Shown here: positions 1 through 13,400 of the stretch, in pieces | How the letters are laid out: every line of letters starts with the position of its first letter | How positions within the stretch are numbered: the stretch's first letter is position 1 | The notes under the pieces: generated by a model | The model's database searches: none | Seen by the model: the letters and a program-made list of their open reading frames with translations, nothing else | Told to the model about the DNA's origin: nothing | Assembly (NCBI RefSeq): GCF_025612915.1 | Contig: NC_069115.1 | Coordinates: 25,599,757-25,663,756 of the forward strand | DNA length: 64,000 bases | Source of the DNA: Crassostrea angulata | Taxonomy: Eukaryota | Direction of reading: 5' to 3' | Translations under genes and position numbers: made by a program

Positions 1-1581
1 ATGGCAATTAAATTGTTTGGTTGAAGTTTGAATGCTTTTACTTAACCGCATTCATGAAATCCAAACTCAATTCAAACAAAAACTTTTCTACTGAGTAAAG
101 AATAGGTCAATCTGCATTTTATAATAATATTATATGATTTTTTTTAGAAAGGAAAATACTTTTGATATGATGGGAGAAGACAGTCTTATTCTGGCCAGAC
201 TTGTGTACACCTTAGGTGTCATTATATATGCAGCCATCAACACTCAGGTATGAGAATTGCTAACAGAATATCAGAGGCACATATTTCTACAATGAAGTTT
301 ACATAAATAATTAAGGGATCACTTTGGTATTGTTTTCACTATATAAAACTATAGGGATATAAAAAAAAGTTTTATCATTTTCTGAATGAAGTATTTAGAG
401 GAATTTTTTTTGTTTCCCATATCATCAGGTAACTTTTAAAAAGGGGCACCCTAAACAGCATTTTTTCTCAAAATATCGAGCTCCACACATTCCCCAAAAC
501 TACGTGTTTGGCATTTTAATGTAAGTGCCTTTGAAATAAGTCATCAAGATGGAATATGTTGGGTTGGTAAAGTTCATAAACATTAAGGATAAGTCAAACA
601 CTCACATTAATGGTGATATATGTACTATCAACATACAAAATGATCTGTTATATATAGTATGCTTTATGATGGTATATATTTTAATGAACTTTAATATTAA
701 TGTTCCTCGACACATCTAAAATTTATTTAATGGATCGATAGAAATCTTCTTTTGAAATATGATTCCACAAAAACAATCAATATCTACTTTCAGTTATTTT
801 ATATGACTTTTTTGTATTTTTTCAATGTCAGAACAGGTGAAAACTGTTTCGAGTACAAACAGGGTATTTTAGAGCTTAAAACGTTGTGTTGATTAATGTG
901 CAATATAATTATGAATAATAATATCTTTTGGTCAAGTATTCAATTTTTTAATTAAAAAATTATTTCTAAAAATAGAAATTGTAATTATTTTATATCTTTT
1001 TGATATATGGATAATTCTGAAGAATAAGATATGGTGACATAAAGTACTCTCTAAACAATAATATTTTACAAATAAATTGAAACAAAATGTGAATTTTTTT
1101 AGAAAATTGCTGTTTATCAAATTTAAACCGATCCCGATTGAAAAAAAACCCTGATCCTGTTCAGAATAATTCAAAATTGAAATTTTACAAAAATACTGCA
1201 GTTTATTCTGAGTAATTGATATTAATTCATAAAGTCAGTAAATTACCAACCATTTTACAGCTTAACAACCTGAATTTTTTAACAAAAATTGTGATACATT
1301 CTAACTTGATATGATTTCACCCTGGATCAGTTTATTTACAATTGGGATTGGTTCGATTTTAAAATTTTCCAATTTTCTTTAATTTCATCATAGACTCTTT
1401 CGCAATAACTGCGGTACAGCTCTCTTGCAGGGCAAATTGATAATTATACTTTGCCGAAGTTTTAGTAGGTAGATAATTAAATGATTTCTTGTTGAAAATG
1501 AATGTACAGCAATTGTTAAATGAGAGTAAATGTTAATTTGCAGTTTTTTACCTATAGATTAAAAATATCTCAGTTCTTGTT

Positions 1582-1585
<4 letters not shown>

Positions 1586-1659
<74 letters not shown>

Positions 1660-1670
1660 ATATATATATT
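1586..1670. repeat. Compound microsatellite (AT)n-(TG)n-(AT)n
   Basis: Uninterrupted AT dinucleotide run, then GTGTGT..., then AT again. Read directly from the sequence. Confidence 0.9.
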
Positions 1671-1941
1671 ACTAAAATGAATAAACACGAAGTCCGAGTA
1701 CAATATAAGCGCTTTCATATTCACCTGAGGTAAAAGCTCAAGCGAGCTATTCTGATCACATTTTTTCCGTCGTCCGTCTGTAAACTTTTTACATTTTGAA
1801 CTTCTTCTCTAAAACCGCTTGGCAAATAAATTTCAACCAAAGCATCCTCATAAGAAGGCGAATTTAAATTGCAGAAATAAAAGACCGATCTTTATTCAAA
1901 GCGGAAAAAAACATCGAAACTGAAGAAAAAGGGGCTGCATA

Positions 1942-1972
<31 letters not shown>

Positions 1973-2386
1973 TCAAATTCACCGTAATTTAGCATAAATC
2001 ATCCTTATGGGAAGGAAAATATAAATTGCAAAAATTAAGGGCTAATTCTGTTTCAAATTTGAGTAATTTACGAAAATAATAATAAGACAGAGAGAATGGG
2101 GGTCAATCAGTTTAACTTCAGGCTCGATATTTTATATATCGAAAACCGGTTTAGAGGACCAGTCTAAGTTAGAAGAAGCCATCTTGAAGTTGAACGGAGA
2201 TGAATTTAATTTGGTTGTTGTGCAACAGTTTATGTGCGAAGGGAATATTTGAAACATCCAAAATATATTTGTGCCGTTTATGTGAAGTAAATTGAGGTTT
2301 AATATTTCAGTGCGTTGACATTTTCATTTGTGACGGTCGTTTTTAGCTTGTTTTGATTTTTGTTTAGCATTTTTATGCCCCCCTTC

Positions 2387-2775
2387 GAAGAAGGTCCAAC
2401 AATATTTTCCGTTTATTTTCTTCGCAGAGGGTGCACTTATTGATATGAAATTTAGTATACAGGTTTATCATGATAATATCTACGTGAAGTTCGTTATTGG
2501 GTACTATCGAGCAATTTTCGACAGAGTTATGGCTCTTTGACGTAGAAAAATTCAGGTTATTTGCAGTTTCTGCTCATTTTCTTCACAGAGGGTGCACATA
2601 TTGATATGAAATTTTGTTTACAGGTTTATCGTGATAATATCTAGGTCAACTTTGATTATGGGTATGATAGAGCAACTTTCGACAGAGTTATCCCCCTTGG
2701 ACTTAGAAAAAGTCCAAAAATTTGCACTTTATGTTCATTTTCTTTGTAGATGTTTCCAAAGGAGGGGGTGGGCAT
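2387..2775. repeat. ~168-bp tandem repeat (about 2.3 units) bracketed by CCCCCC...GGAGGGGGTGGG motifs, inserted within R1 copy 1
   Basis: Units ATTTTCTTCGCAGAGGGTGCAC...GTTATGGCTCTTTGACGTAGAAAAATTCAGG repeat at 2407, 2576 and a partial third. The other R1 copies (10860-10900, 26288) do not contain this segment. Confidence 0.7.
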
Positions 2776-3529
2776 AAGTGTTTCACAAACATCTCTTGTT
2801 TTAACTTGAGAGGAACCATCGTCTTTATTTTACATGTAGACCGGTAAATCAGACAGCTGATTGATTAATAGCGCAAAATCTGATGCACTAACAACATATT
2901 TTAAAATACTATCCATTATGTTGGTGCATGTAATTCGGTACGATCTCTACATAATGGTTGATTAATACAACATGTTTTATTAAGATGCTCAGCAATTTTA
3001 ATCTAAACGGAGATAAGTCTCGCTGCTAGAAATACATAACTAAAGTATATATATGATGAAAAAAAGATTGAGCTTTTTCTTTGCTTTAGTGCAGTTTTCT
3101 CTTGTTTTAATTGTTTACAAATTTCTATAATTTTAGTAAGAGTCAAGCTTCGAGTTATAAGCAAGATACAGAGCTTTGCGCCTAATGCTACCATATGTTT
3201 GTACACAAAGCTGAGGTCATGCTTAAGTTCGTTTATATTTTAAATGCATCTATGCTGAATAGGAAATACCAAGTTTAAAAAATCTGTAGTTGAATGTAAT
3301 AAACTCATGTGAACAAAAACATGACTCAAATCAAGTTATGTATCTTGCTTATAATTCTACGATTGACGCTGAAATTTTGGTTGATCAATAGAAATGTCTT
3401 GCTAAAAGGATGATATGCTTTTTATATTGCATATGATCTTATTTTCGGTAAAAATGGTATTCCATAAAGGTAAATATGTCAAAGATTAAGTATATGCAAA
3501 ATAGGGGTAAAATCTTGATATTCATTTTT

Positions 3530-3553
3530 AGACGGGGTCACGTGACCCCGTCT
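3530..3553. repeat. Perfect 24-bp palindrome AGACGGGGTCAC|GTGACCCCGTCT with a CACGTG E-box core
   Basis: Self-complementary sequence read directly. It lies inside R1 copy 1. Confidence 0.8.
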
Positions 3554-4187
3554 ATTGGTTTACTGTCAGCCGAAGTCTCGAACCGGAAGGCAGAAAATGT
3601 TCATGCATTTCAATAAATATGTATTATAGAAACACGCATTAAATCTGTTTAAGTCCTCTGTGTATAAACAAAATTCTATTTAGAAATTAAACAAATAGTT
3701 TCATATATCAAAATATTCTTCCTCGTGTTCAAATGTGGAACGAGTTACGTAACTGAATGCACAGCGCCGATGACAATAAAGTTTGTGTACGAGCTCATTA
3801 ATCAATAGAAGAGGTTGATGGTGGAATCAAAATTAAATTTCCCAAACGCAATGTGCCATTTTTGAAAAGTTGTGAATTTTATTTTGGCAATCTTTCACCT
3901 TAATACTACCAAACTTCATGCGCAAGCCGAGTTTAAAATCGGGACAGGTTATACACAGATGTTTTACAAATTAAATAGGTGTTTCATTGGCTTCCAGTCT
4001 ACTTGCTATGGCTGCTGTTCGTCTCTAAAGGAATTTTGTACAAAGAAAATTTTTAAAAAAGTCTGAATTTGCCTTCTCGTTCGTTGGCTCTTTAGTTGAT
4101 TAAACTGAATTTAAATTTCAACAATGCATTGTAAGCAAAATCTATAATAGACTATACATTTTGGAAGACTTATACATTATATAAATA

Positions 4188-4310
4188 GTGCCTGTTTGGG
4201 AGGGTAACAGTTGAAATTGACACCCCGAGGAACCATTGTCAACCGACGCGAAGCGGAGGTTGACAATGGTTTTCGAGGGTTGTCAACAGTTATTCTCACA
4301 AACAGGCACT
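4188..4310. mobile_element. ~123-bp palindromic MITE-like element
   Basis: Terminal inverted repeats AGTGCCTGTTTGGGAGGGTAACAGTTGAAATTGACACCC / GGGTTGTCAACAGTTATTCTCACAAACAGGCACT. The flanks are A/T-rich (TAAAT|...|ATTTA). A partial second copy lies at 59535-59620. Confidence 0.55.
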
Positions 4311-5039
4311 ATTTATTTTATTATACTGCTTTAATATAAAAATGAAGTGAATTCCATGGCAAACCGTACGCGCATAATTTATGTTCATGTTCACTATCAG
4401 GTTCAAATTTAATGACTTATACAAGATTGATGTTGCACTTGTAGTTCTCAAAGTAAGGTTGGTCCCGTAACATTTACACGCTAATGGCGGAGTTGACAAT
4501 CTCTGTTATTTATGTCTCTGACTTTCGGAGTAGGATTTTTAATGAATGGAACGGTTGTATCGTAATTCGTGTAGGTGATGCACGAGTTTTCACAAAAAAG
4601 TGGTAAGTGGCGAACGGATTTATTTTTACCTATTAATTTTGCATGAATAGCAAATGAAGAAAATCGTATCAAATCTTTTTATTGTCAAAGTTCTTGGAAT
4701 CTTATTGTTAAAAAAAATATTTCTAATATCAGGTGCTTGTGTTTGTTATCGGTATAAAATGTTCCCTTTGTTTGTTAATTCAGCAGTTTTCGGGGTTTTC
4801 ATTAAACTTTTATTACGGATACCGTCCGACTTGTGGATTTTCCTTTGGATCACAAAATTGAACAAATCTAATGATTAATGTTATCTACTTATATAGTTGT
4901 TTGATATTCCCGGTTAGTTGTAATTTTTAAAATTTTCCTTGGTGTCTTATTTTACATAGTATACCGTTGTGTCAATTTTCTACAATTATAAAGGCCAGGA
5001 TTGAGTAAAATTTAGACGAAGTATCAGACAATTGCAAAC

Positions 5040-6340
5040 AAGAGGCCCATGGGGCCACATCGCTCACCTGAGCACCAATGGGCGTTCAAAAGATATTGTG
5101 CCTTATGGTCCCTCGGTAGAATAACAAAAAATAAATATTGTCAAGTATTCGAATTTTACACTTATTTTTGCATACACGTAATCTTTGACATTGTACCTTC
5201 TTGAGATGCTATTTTTTACCAGAATAAGAAAATCCTATGCAAGATATAAAACTAAGCATTTGGTAGGTGTACACTGTAAAGTTGTTAACTTCCAATTCCC
5301 TATATATATTCGTTCTGCCCCCCCCCCTTTGTAAAGCGATCAAAATATGTGAGAGCAAATAGGTACAGTTTTTTCATCAACTACTTACTAGTTATTGTAT
5401 TTTTAAAAAAAATAGTTATTGTATTTTATTTAAAAAATACTACGTGTATAGATGTGAAGAAGAAAATTGTACCTCAATGTCCTCAATTCCTCAAATTTAA
5501 AACATTCAAAAATTTAATTTGTCTTCTCCATTATAATTAAATGACTGTTATTTACCTCGCGTACAAACCAGGATAATTTTCCGCTGTGATATTTTCTTAG
5601 GAATAGCGATAATTACTTTATCCCCGCAACAGAAATGTGTCAGAACTATGGAAACTGTTTTAAAGATGTCGTTTTTTATTTACTCGTGTTAAAAAAACTA
5701 TCAAAATTGATGTAAATTTCACATTAATTATTGTATAAAGAGGGGGCCCCAGAGAGTAGGTATATACAGAATATCATTCTTTTATTTTGTTTTTATAAGT
5801 ATTTAACATACTCTAATTCATATAGAATTTCTAATGTTCAACCAAAAGTTCACCGTCAATCGTAGAATTATAAGCAAGATACAGAGCTCACAGTTCGCCT
5901 AGGTTTGAGTCATATTTTGTTCACATGAGTTTATTACATTCAGCTTAAAATTTTTAACTTGGTATTTCCTATTCAGCATTTAAAATGGAAAAAAAGAATG
6001 GTCTAAGATTTTCAATTCTTTTATTCACTCAAGACCAGTTCACTGGTATTTGAGGTTCAAAATCAGTTTATACAAATGTACATAAACACAGTCCAGGATC
6101 ACATGTACAGTAGGAGTAATAATGACGAAAAAAGGTTAAGTTTACAATACAATTAGTTGTTAAAGTTGGTTTCTGGAAGAACAGACTATGAAAATTTTCT
6201 TAATAAATATTGACAAACTTTTTACTTTTTTAATCTTTAGTTTTTAAGATCTGTGTACAAACATAGAATTGTGAGCAACTCTCTGTATCTTGCTTATAAT
6301 TCGAAGCTTAACACTCAAATATGGTTAGTAAATAGAAATT
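5040..6340 (-). mobile_element. Inverted partial copy of the R1 3' region plus an unrelated repeat segment (family D, 5995-6235)
   Basis: 5215-5300 and 5565-5760 are the reverse complement of 28180-28460. 5866-5995 and 6238-6340 are the reverse complement of 27760-27990. 5995-6235 is the reverse complement of 50440-50650. Confidence 0.5.
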
Positions 6341-6408
6341 GTAAACAATTAAACACAAGAAACATGCACTATAACAAATAAGGAACACAATTTATTTTTT
6401 CGAAATGA

Positions 6409-6411
<3 letters not shown>

Positions 6412-6465
<54 letters not shown>
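6412..6465. repeat. (AT)n microsatellite
   Basis: Uninterrupted AT dinucleotide run. Confidence 0.9.
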
Positions 6466-6467
<2 letters not shown>

Positions 6468-6729
6468 GTATATACCTACATATTTCCGTCAGCGATATCA
6501 AACTCTATTTAAACTGAATAAACTCGAGAAAATGCCGAGCATCTCAACAAAACCTATTGCATTAATCTACCATTACGCAAAAGATACTGCCGAATTACCG
6601 ATAGAATGAATTGTATTTCAGTACTTTTTTATACATCAGATTTGCTTAATTTGCGCAGGTAAACAATTAACTATTTGATTTACCGAAGTCTCTGTTTGAT
6701 TTGATACGTAAAAATCACGAAATACAGAC

Positions 6730-7499
6730 GATAGTTCCCAGGTTACAAAGCATAAATAATGAAAACGAAACGAAAATCAGAACAAGCTAACACCAACGTC
6801 ATGTGTGAAAACTGTCAACGCATTGAAATATTTAGCCTCAATTTACTTCACAAAATCGGCACCAATATATTTTGCATGTTTCAAAAATTTCCCTTCATAC
6901 GCAAACTGTTGCACAACAAGCAAATTCATCATAGTCAGATCGACCCTTTTTCGTATAATGTCATGGCTGCTTTAAACAAAGAACCTCGTTTTAGAAGTAT
7001 GGAATACGAGTCTTGGTAAAATGGGTATGCAAACCCGGGCCGTGGCAAAATAAAAGCCGGGGCAGATCGACAATCGTCAATTCCAAATACGCATTATTTT
7101 GTACAATATTTACAGCCAATACAAATATACTGGTCCATCAAATATCCTGAAATTTTAATGAGATTGGCAGATCAATAACTGCCAATCTTTTGTTTTGCCC
7201 AGACCAAGTTTTGCCTACCCATTATACCGGATGCCGAACGCGAAGCTGAAACACGCTTTTCCTTTATTATTATTTTCGTAATAACTCAGATTTGAAACAG
7301 AATTAGCACTTAATTTTTGCAATTTATATTTGCCTTCCCATAAGGATAATTTATGGTAAACTACGTTGAATTTGCCTCGGTAGTTCTTGAGAAGAAGATT
7401 TTTAAAAATGCACCCCCTTTTTCTACACTTTCAAGGTTTTTTCCGCTTTGAATACAGATCGGACTTTTATTTCTGCAATTTATATTCGCCCTCCCATAA

Positions 7500-7531
<32 letters not shown>

Positions 7532-7621
7532 ATTAGCGGTTTTAGAGAAGAAGTTCAAAATGTAAAAAGTTTACAGACGGACGGACAGACAGACGGACGA
7601 CGGACAAAATGTGATCAGAAT

Positions 7622-7650
<29 letters not shown>
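6730..7650 (-). mobile_element. R1 family copy in minus orientation
   Basis: 7560-7650 is the reverse complement of the R1 head (GACGGACGGACAGACAGACGGACGACGGACAAAATGTGATCAGAATAGCTCACTTGAGCTTTCAGCTCAGGTGAGCTAAAAA). 6760-7020 is the reverse complement of the R1 tail ...GCTTGTTTTGATTTTCGTTTCGTTTT. The ORF 6759-7019 is an artefact of this repeat. Confidence 0.6.
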
Positions 7651-7658
<8 letters not shown>

Positions 7659-7799
7659 CCGAATTAACATTGATTGTTACAACTAATTCAAACTCATAAA
7701 TTTTAGAAGCATATTCGAGGAAATCTAGGACAATAACAAATTCAAACTTTCAAGACCACGTGTTTCAGTACTCTCAGTACTTTGATTGGTTAATCTACC

Positions 7800-7875
7800 G
7801 AGGGGCCACATGGCACAATGTCCATTGAACGCCCATATAAAGCCAGTGTTGCTCAGGTGAGCAATGTGGTCCATT
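7800..7875. repeat. ~50-bp hairpin mini-element (TTGTTGCTCAGGTGAGCAATGTGGCCCC..TGG) adjacent to an R1 end
   Basis: The same motif occurs at 5041-5075 (reverse complement), 13545-13590, 28600-28650 and 37201-37230 (reverse complement). TTGCTCA/TGAGCAA forms a 7-bp stem. Confidence 0.5.
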
Positions 7876-8042
7876 TGGTCTCTTGTTGTATTATCATTTC
7901 TCAAAAATTATTCTTTATCGACCCATCAAATAATGCGTTGATGTGTCGAGCCACCGTAAACGGTACTATTTGGACAATCAAGCTGTAAAATGAAATTTTG
8001 GAAATCCACGTTTATTTATGAGGGAAAAAAGTATTTTTATAT

Positions 8043-8800
8043 TCCTGTTCCGAAGGAGAGGGGGTATACTGTTTTACCCTTGTGTGTCTGTCTGTCCGTC
8101 TCTCCGCCCGTAACAAAAATTTCTGTCGCATTTATCTCAGCAACTATTAATCGCAGATGCTTGACATTTTTACAGTGTTTGTTACGGCATGCCATATCGT
8201 GAGATATATTTCTGTACCAATCCGACGTCAACTTCCTGTTAAATGACGACTTTGCTTATTTTTTAACCAAAATTTTCAAACAAATTTTCCTCAAAAATTT
8301 CTTAGCATTTATTTATCGCAGATGTTTGGAATTTTTACACAATATTTGTATAGGCAAGTCATATCGTGGGATATATTTTTGTACCAATCAGACGTCAACT
8401 TCCTGTTAAATGACGACTTTGTTTATTTTTAGCCAAATTTTTCAAATTTCCGTCAAAGATTTCTCAGCAACTATTTATCGCAGATGCTTGAAATTTTAAC
8501 ACACTATTTGTTTTGGCATGCTATATTGTGGGATATTTTTTGTATCAATTGGACGTCAACTTCCTGTTAAATGAGTACTTTGTTTTATTTTAGCCAAAAT
8601 TTTCAAACAAATTTTCCTCAAAGATTTCTCAGCAGCTATTTATCGCAGATGCTTGAAATTTTAACACACTATTTGTTTAGGCATGCCATATTGTGGGATT
8701 TATTTCTGTACCAATCGAATGCCAGCTTTCTGTTAAATGTCGACTTTGCTTATTTTGCATATTCACATCAGAGCGGGGGTATTACTAGTGAGCATTGGCT
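8043..8800. repeat. Cassette of a ~165-bp tandem repeat (about 4 units) bounded by GAGGGGGTATACTG..(GTCTGTCC)n and GCGGGGGTATTACTAGTGAGC
   Basis: The motif ATCGCAGATG recurs at about 8150, 8318, 8477 and 8646. Each unit contains CGACGTCAAC (ACGT core). The end motifs are related to those at 17395, 19866 and 22590. Confidence 0.7.
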
Positions 8801-9519
8801 CACAGATACCTTCTTTTTTTTGCTCAATTATTTTTTGCTCATTCCATGAATATATTATATTGAACCATTTCTTTTCACATGTATTTCTTTTATTCAAAAA
8901 GTAAAAATATTTTCAGGCTGTTAAACAGATGGCAAACAGGCTACTTGAATTTCTCTGGATCATTAGATTCCATTCTGATGTGTAAGTATGTAATTACTAT
9001 CGTGAAATTCATGACTCTTACACTCAGGAGAAACTACAAAAAATAGAAAAATCGTTAATTAAGGTGTTCAGTTCCAACGGAAGATCTTCTTGTTATTGCT
9101 TTGTTTTGTTTCCCTTATTATTCTTCTTCTTTTTTTTCTTACGCATTTTTGTGCATACGAGTTCTCGGGAACGGCTTGGCTGATTTTAATGAAACTTTCA
9201 GAACTAACACATATTGATCTGAACCTTATTGGAAATTTTTATATTGATGACGTCATTTCCATTTTAGAGATATTGACGTTTTAACGATTTTTAGAGGGTT
9301 GGCTTGTCCGGTGATTTTTTTCTAAACGAAAACAGATATTTGATTCAAATTTTCAGGGTTTGTAGACCTATGATTGTGGATACGACAGAAGCATTTTCAT
9401 TGTTCAGTGACAAAAAACACCAAAGCTCACCTGAGCTTAAAAATTGAGTTCAAAAGCGTCATGATTTTTTTTGTGGTTTTCTTTGAATATCTCTTTTCTC
9501 AAAATTATTTTGTTAAGAC

Positions 9520-10230
9520 TTGTAGAACAAAAAAAACTTTAAAAGGCCAAGAGCTTTCATTTGACATCATGGAAAAGGAGCTGGCCCTTAAATTAAGGGC
9601 CGTAAGGGCTCTGAAGTATTCTAATAATATCTTTTTACTGTGAAATATTTTGTAATACTTTATAGAAGCAATTATGTTCATCGTAACGTTATGTACCTAT
9701 GCATGACAATTGTTTACTCCTTTGTTACGTAATTAGGGATATTAAGGGACCAGCAGTCCGAAATTTTGATCTTATATATCTGAAAATGAAGAAAAATTTT
9801 GAAAAGCAATGTTGAACAAAAGATGCTCCATATAATGTCGTTAACAATTTGCAACCATAATTTTTTTGTTATCCAGTCCCTAAAAGGAGTTATAGGGTCG
9901 GCCCCTAAAACGATCTCTTCCAGATATCTCTTGAACGGTACAAACTTTCTACATATTTGTTTAACAAAATGTGTTTGAAATGACAAGAGCTTTCTTTTCA
10001 CATCAAGAAAAAGGGGCTGGCCCTTCAAATTAGGGGCTGATAGAGATCTAAAGTCTTTTAATAATAACTTTTAATTGTGAAATATTTTGTAATACGTTAT
10101 TGAAGCAATTATGTTCATCGTAACGTTATGAACCTAAACATGACCATTGTTTATAGAGAAACATTTTGAAAAGCAGTATTGAACAAAATATGCTCATAAA
10201 ATGTGGTCAACAATATGTTACCATAACATT
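9520..10230 (+). repeat. Repeat family E (~400-bp unit), two tandem copies immediately 5' of R1 copy 2
   Basis: 9520-9930 is similar to 9930-10230. A third copy lies at 16720-17230. Confidence 0.5.
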
Positions 10231-11160
10231 TTGGCTCATCTGAGCTGAAAGCTCAAATGAGCTATTCTGATTGCATTTTGTCCGTCGTCCGTCTGTCCGT
10301 CCGTCTGTAAACTTTTTACATTTTGAACTTCTTCTCTAAAACTGCTTGGTGAATTTCAACCAAATTTGGCACAAAGCATCCTTATAGTAGAACGAATATA
10401 AATTGCAGAAATGAAATACTGATCTTTATTCAAAGCGGAGAAAACCTCGAAACTGTAGAAAAGGGGTGCATTTTTTAAAATCTTCTTCTAAAGAACTACT
10501 GAGTCAAATTCAACGCAATTTAACATAAATAATCCTTATGGAATGAAAGGAAAATATAAATTGCAAAATTTAAGGGCCAATCTTTTTCCGAATTTGAGTT
10601 ATTACGAAAAGAGTAATTGGAAGGGGTGGGCTTCGATCAGTTTATAACATCGGGTTCGGTATTCCATATCTCAAAAACCTCTTTGAAGCGGCCATTTTGA
10701 ACGTGTGAGAAATGGGTCAATCTGACAAAGATGAATCTGGTTGTTGTGTATATATTTGAAACATGCAAGATACATAATGCCAATTTTGTGAAGTAAATTG
10801 AGAAAAATTGAGTAAATATTCCAATGCGTTGACATTTTCACCTTTGACGGTGGTTTTAGCTTGTTTTGATTTTCGTTTCGTTTTCATGAATTACGGTTTG
10901 TAACTTAGGGGAACTATTACCTGTATTTTGTTATTTTTATGTATCAATAAAATATAGACATCGGTATATAAGACAGCTGACTGTCACGGTACTTTAAAAA
11001 CTAAAATGCAAATTCTTATGGTAATACGGCATGGTCTTTGCGTAATAGTTTATTACTGCAATGTGTTTAGGCTATTTGTCAGTATTTTCTCTAGTCTATT
11101 CAGTCTAAATGGAGATTAATTTTGCTGATGAAAATACTAAGTGTGTGTACATGGAGCAGA
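10230..11160 (+). mobile_element. R1 family copy 2 (5' part), continuous with the downstream tandem array
   Basis: The head TTTTGGCTCATCTGAGCTGAAAGCTCAAATGAGCTATTCTGATTGC..(GTCCGTC)n is collinear with copies 1 and 3. Confidence 0.6.
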
Positions 11161-11994
11161 GACATAAATGATTGTTAGCTCACCTGAGGTGAAATATACA
11201 GAGAAAAATCTTTAAAAATATTCTTCTCAAAAATCAATTGGCCAGAAAAGCTGTAACTTGTGTGGAAGCATCTTCAGGTACTGTAGATTCAACTTTTTTT
11301 GGCAAACCATGATCCCCGGGGGTACAGTGGGGTCACAATGGGGGGGGGGGGGGTCAAAATTTTTACATAGGAATACAGTGAAAAATCTTCTCAACAAAAA
11401 CAAGAAGGCCAGAAAAGCTGTTACTTGTTTGGAAGCATCCTCAGGTAGTGTAGAATCAAATTTGTTCGGGGGTAGGGTGCGGCCACAGTGGGTGGGTCGA
11501 ATTTTACATAGGAATACATAGCGAAAAATCTTTTTAAAAATTTCTTCTTTTAAAAAACCAGTTGGCCAGAAAAGCTGTGACTTGTGTGGAAGCATCCTCA
11601 GGTAGTGTTGATTCATTCTAGTTTGTCCAAACCATGATTTTTGGGGGTAGGGTGGGGCCACCATGGGGGGTCAAATTATGTTGGTGCGGGAAATTCGGTA
11701 CGATCTCTACGTAATGGCTGATTAATGCAACATGTTCTATCAAGGTGCTCAGCAATTTCAATCTAAACGGGGATTATTCTCGCTGCTAGAAATATATAAC
11801 TGAAGTACTAGTATATAGATGATGAAAAATAAATTAAGTTTTTTAGCTCAAGCCAAAGGCCCAAGTGAGCTTTTCTGATCACAAATTGTCCGTTGTCTGT
11901 CGTTGTCGTCGTTGTTGTAAACTTATCACATTTTCATCTTCTTCTCAAGAACCACTGGGCAGATTTCAACCACATTTGGCACAAAGCGTCACTA

Positions 11995-12025
<31 letters not shown>

Positions 12026-13400
12026 ATTAAAGGGGAGATAATTGAGAATTATTAAAAATTTGTTGGTACTTTTCAAAAATCTTCTTCTCAAAAACTATTC
12101 TGCCTAAAAAGCTTAAACTTGTGTGGAGGCATCCTCAGGTAGTGTATATTCAAGTTTCTTCAAATCATGGTCCCCGGGGGTAGGGAGGGGCCACAAGAGG
12201 GGGATCAAGTTTCACTTAGAAATATATAGAGAAAATCTTTTAAAATCTTCTCATCAAAAACTATTAGGCCAGAAAAGCTAAAATAAAAATGGAAGCATTC
12301 TCAGGTGGTGTAGATTCAAGTTTGTTCAAATCATAGTCCCTCAGGGTATGGTGGAGCCACAATGGGGGGATCAAGTTTTACTTAGGAATATATAGAGAAA
12401 ATCTTTAAAAATCTTCTTCTCAAAAACTATCAGGCCAGAAAAGCTCAAATTAAAATGGAAGCATCCTCAGGTGGTGTAGATTCAAGTTTGTTCAAATCAT
12501 AGTCCCTGGGGTATTGTGGGGCCACAATTGGGGGGATCAAGTTTTACATAGGAATGTATAGAGAAAATCTTTAAAAAATCTTCTTCTCAAAAACTATCAG
12601 GCCAGAAAAGCTCAAATTAAAATGGAAGCATCCTCAGGTGGTGTAGATTCAAGTTTGTTCAAATCATAGTCCCTGGGGGTAGGGTGGGTACCACAATTGG
12701 GGGATAAATTTTTATACAGGAATATATAGAGAAAATCTATAAAATAATTTCTTTTAAAAACTATTTGGCCAAGAAAGCTCAAATTAGCGTGTAACTATCC
12801 TCAGATAATGTAGATTCAAGTTTGTTAAAGTCATGGTCCCTGGGGGTAGGGCGGGGCCACAATGGGGGATACATTTTTATAAATAGAAAAAATCTTTAGA
12901 AAATCTTCTTCTCAAAACTATTATGCCAGGAAAGCCCAAATTTGAGTGTAAGCATCCCCAGATCGTATAGATTCAAGTTTGTTTAAATAATAGTCCAGGA
13001 GTAGGGTGAGGCCACAATGGGGGATGAATTTTTACATAGGAATATACAGAGAAAATCTTTAAAAATCTTCTTTTTAAAGACTCTTTGGCCAGAAAAGCTT
13101 TAACTTGTGTAGAGGCATCCTCGGTTAGTGTAAAGTCAAGTTTGCAAAATCACAGTCCCTAGTGGTTAGGCGGGGCCGTGATGGCGGTTTGAATTTTTAC
13201 ATAGGAATACCCGGTATATAGAGAAAATCTTTGAAAATATTCTGGGAAAGTTTTCGGTCCAAAACTCAGTACTTAGTGTGAAAGCACAGGTTATGCAGAT
13301 TTAAGTTTGATGAAACCATAATTCCCTAGAGAAAAGTGGGGCCACGAAATGGGGGGGGGGGGGGGTATATGGGAATAGAAAACAATCTTCTTACAGGTAC
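11160..13400. repeat. G-rich ~165-bp tandem array (about 13 units) bounded by poly-G tracts
   Basis: Units read ...AATCTTCTTCTCAAAAACTATCAGGCCAGAAAAGCT..GGGGGTAGGGTGGGGCCACAATGGGGGGATC... G13 lies at 11339-11352 and G16 at 13353-13367. The ORFs 11227-11664 and 11258-11521 are artefacts of the array. Confidence 0.8.

Larger units (their letters stand above)
1719..3720 (+). mobile_element. Copy 1 of dispersed non-coding repeat family 'R1' (5'-truncated), carrying a nested tandem cassette at 2387-2775
   Basis: Near-identical stretches recur at 10230-11160, 25325-28650, 6730-7650 (reverse complement), 31190-31520, 15130-15275 and 33540-33770. The head reads ...AGCTCACCTGAGC..AAGCTCAAGTGAGCTATTCTGATCAC..(GTCCGTCT)n. 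The internal sequence has no coding potential. Confidence 0.6.

Noticed and set aside
6759-7019. 86-aa ORF (and its relative at 31239-31511) that looks conserved between two loci
   Set aside because: Both are read from copies of the non-coding R1 repeat, in opposite orientations, so the 'conservation' is repeat identity and not purifying selection.
11227-11664. 145-aa and 87-aa ORFs in the six-frame track
   Set aside because: They lie wholly inside the G-rich tandem array, and their periodic amino-acid sequence mirrors the DNA repeat.
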